Below, piece by piece: positions 60,204 to 64,000 of a stretch of 64,000 nt of DNA. The stretch's first letter is position 1. Each line of letters begins with the position of its first letter. Source of the DNA: an uncultured Actinomycetes bacterium (GTDB lineage: Bacteria > Actinomycetota > Acidimicrobiia > IMCC26256 > JACDBD01); contig CAWIJM010000027.1 in assembly GCA_963836445.1 (NCBI GenBank), positions 13,163-77,162 on the forward strand, written 5' to 3'. The position numbers and the translations under genes are program-made. Below the pieces are notes generated by a model. That model had not been told where the DNA came from. It saw only the letters and a program-made list of their open reading frames with translations, and ran no database searches.

Positions 60204-61867
60204 TCAGGGTCCTCGTCGGATCACGTCGAGCGCGCCCGGCGGCGGAGCCCGGGCGGCCAAGGTTGTTCGCCGCAACGCGTCGATCTCGGCCTTGCTGAGG
60301 CGCGCGTGCAGGTCGCGAGCCCACGCTCGCAGGTCGTAGAACAACAGCCGGCCGTCCGGGCTCACTCGCGGCTCCTGGCCGAGGGTGCGCGTGTACTCCG
60401 CCTCGATGCCGGCGCCGTGGTCGTCGTACCCGGCGCGGTCGATCATGAGCCCGGTGAAGCCGACGGCAGTGAGCGCGTCGAGCGCCTGGGGCGCCGGCAG
60501 CCGCACGACCGCGCCTTGCCAGTCGCCTTCGCGACCACGCACGGATCCCCAGCTCCAGCGGAGCGAGTCGGCGTGCAGCCACCCGCGCACCTGGTCGTAG
60601 GGGCCCGTCCCGACGATCGTCCCCGCTTCGGGAAAGAAGACGTACGGCAGTTGGAACACGGCCGCGCCCGAGCCCAGGTCACGCTGGATTGCGTGCATGA
60701 AGACGTCGTCGCTGTCCCACGCGCGCTCGAGCGCCTTGTAGTCGGGCACGTCGGCGGACGACGTCTGGTCGGCCACACCCACTGCCAGCACCGCCACGCA
60801 AACGACACCGGCGACGATGGCCCGTCAGCGAGAAGCCGCTGACGGCGGCGACGACGACCGCGACAACGGTCAGCAGCCCCAGGCGCTTGCCGATCTCGGC
60901 GCGGGTGCCGAGTGGAGGAGGATCGCGGCTCTCGCCGTTGCCGCGACGGCGCAGCAGGCGGCTGAGCGTGAACACGAGGAGCCCGACGAAGCCGACCGCG
61001 CCCGACCAGCCCGAGCTGCTGTCCGCGCTCCGATGTCGCCACCGGGCTGAAGCGATCGCTCTTGCGCTGTGCGTCGGCGAAGGCGCCGATGCGGTGGTCG
61101 ACCCGGCGGGAGCACGAGCTCCGCGACCCGCAGGCCGTTCACCTCGGTCTCCGAGATCCCCGCGGGATCGCCTGGTCGTTTTGTCCGTGCGCGCCCAATA
61201 CAGGAACGACGGCGACAGGTTGAGCAGCGGCACGACGAGCGACCAGATCCGGCGGCGATGACCACCGGAAGCCACCCGGCGCCAGCTCCGCCGCGCCACG
61301 AGGTCGACGGACGACGCCGAGGCCAGGAGCAGCACCGCGAAGAAGCGCGTAGTACGGGCCCGTCGACCCCAGGGCCGCGCACGCGAGGAGCCACGGCACC
61401 GCGGGCCGGCTCCACAGCGCAATGCGCCAGCGAGGCTCGGGGCGATTCGCGCTGCGCGGTGAACGGCGGGTCGTCCGACAGCACCTGCAGGATGAGCAGC
61501 GTCGCGATCGGGACCATGAAGTAGCCCGACAGCAACAGGTGCGCCTCTCCTCGCGCGAAGTGGTACGGCAGGAAGCTGTACAGGATCGCGACGACCGCGG
61601 CGACGAGGCGCGAGACGCCGAGACGGCGGAGGACGAACCACGCCGCGAGGGACACGGCGACGAACGTGAGAAGGTAATAGACGTTCACGGTCAGCACGGC
61701 GTCGCGGAGGACGCAGCCGAGCCCCCGCAGAAGCGCGAGCGCAATTGTGAGGGTCTCGGGGTTGTCGTAGAGCCGGAGGCCGAACGGCGCAGGTTCGGGA
61801 TCCGAGGACGGCCGTGAACGCCGAGGCTCTGGTGCACGAGGTAGTCGGCGCGTGCGACCAGCAGCAT
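60204..61867 (-). pseudogene. Large polytopic membrane protein with soluble C-terminal domain; reading frame broken at least 6 times
   Basis: Protein-like segments alternate among all three minus frames: ..FGLRLYDNPETLTIALALLRGLG..VNVYYLLTFVAVSLAAWFVL..ILYSFLPYHFARGEAHLLLSGYFMVPIATLLILQVL | ..WRIALWSRPAVPWLLACAALGSTGPYYA | FFAVLLLASASSVDLV..IWSLVVPLLNLSPSFLYWA | ..ISETEVNGLRVAELVLP | VDHRIGAFADAQRKSDRFSPV..GQQLGLVG | AVGFVGLLVFTLSRLL..LGLLTVVAVVVAAVSGF | AIVAGVVCVAVLAVGVADQTSSADVPDYKALERAWDSDDVF...FQLPYVFFPE...LRWSWGSVRGR...GFTGLMIDRAGY. Confidence 0.55.
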
Positions 61868-62113
61868 CCGACCGTTACACGACCAGGAGGTTGCTAGGGC
61901 CGCAGCGTGACGACAGCAGGCCGATCGTCGGCCGCGGTCGCGTTCGGATCGCCGCTCGCCAGACGAGCGGGGCGGGATGGCTACGTCGACGTCGGCCGAG
62001 CCGGGGCGTCGTCACCGGCTTCAGCGACGGCACCGGCACGGTGCCGGCGTCGAGTCGACCGACCGGCGGGACGCGTTCACCGCGACGCCGCCGTCACGAG
62101 CCAGGGGGACCTG

Positions 62114-63531
<1,418 letters not shown>

Positions 63532-63535
<4 letters not shown>

Positions 63536-64000
63536 GGACCGAACCGGTCATCGAGCCCGAGTTCGAGTACGTCGTCGACTTCGCGACCGGGCAGCCGTAC
63601 CCGATCTGGGAGCGGGCGCGGCGCGAATGCCCTGTCATCCACACCCAAACCGGGATGGTGGATCGACCCGCGTACCACGTCACCCGGTACGAGGACGTGG
63701 AGCGGGTGTTGCGCGACGGCAAGACGTTCTCGTCGTCGATCAACGCCGAGCACATCGGCCAGTTCATGGGCGAGCTGATCCTGGCGATGGGCGGGAGCGA
63801 GCATCGCGCCTACCGGAACCTCGTCGCCCATGCCTTCCGCGCCTCGGCGCTCGAGCGGTGGGACGCGCAGCTGATTCGCCCGACGATCACTCGGCTGCTC
63901 GACGACGTCGCCCCCGCCGGACGCGCCGATCTCGTGCAGGCAGTCACGTCGAAGTACCCGGTGCAGGTGATCTGCGGGATCGTCGGGGTACCGCTCGAGG
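63532..64000 (+). CDS. Cytochrome P450, N-terminal part (3' end outside window; absent from the ORF track because it has no stop)
   Basis: GTGA overlap with the ALDH stop. My translation: [38 protein letters not shown]...[22 protein letters not shown]...[25 protein letters not shown]...[22 protein letters not shown], a typical P450 N-terminal half. Confidence 0.8.

Overview
High-GC (about 70%) chromosomal segment that looks actinobacterial: it carries WhiB, many F420/LLM-type and acyl-CoA enzymes, a SigG-like ECF sigma factor and a LigD PolDom. I can support about 70 genes.

Left third (1-14 kb): small stress and detoxification genes (SRPBCC, VOC/glyoxalase, MOSC, PPOX, AraC). It also holds a tightly coupled operon of a DrrAB-like ABC exporter, three VOC genes and an ECF sigma factor with a C-terminal SnoaL-like extension.

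Centre (14-31 kb): the RNase P RNA gene (rnpB, minus strand). A 43-nt copy of its own 3' end lies 3.2 kb away. The two copies bracket a small islet with no integrase, carrying a CapA-like gene, a 5'-truncated CBS/BON gene and a GNAT/DUF1778 toxin-antitoxin pair. This is the most unusual structure I see. Next to it are a yybP-ykoY-like Mn riboswitch with TerC, USP, a CaCA antiporter, WhiB, trpD, YjbQ and a NYN-domain protein.

Right half (28-64 kb): a large lipid/steroid-like catabolic region. It contains 2 P450s, an amidohydrolase, thiolases, an SCPx-thiolase+DUF35 pair, a CaiB-family CoA-transferase, a crotonase, 8 acyl-CoA dehydrogenases (two of them in divergent paralogous pairs), a fused CoA-transferase, FadD, 2 LLM oxidoreductases and an aldehyde dehydrogenase. 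Interspersed are xfp-ackA (phosphoketolase pathway), gltA and a sugar/glycerophosphodiester-type ABC importer.

About 18-19 reading-frame breaks fall in 12 otherwise well-conserved genes, clustered at 31.9-41 kb and 54-62 kb. Most are consistent with single G/C insertions. This is either assembly indel error or real gene decay. I call these genes pseudogene but cannot tell the two apart from sequence alone.

No CRISPR array, rRNA, tRNA, transposase or integrase was recognised.
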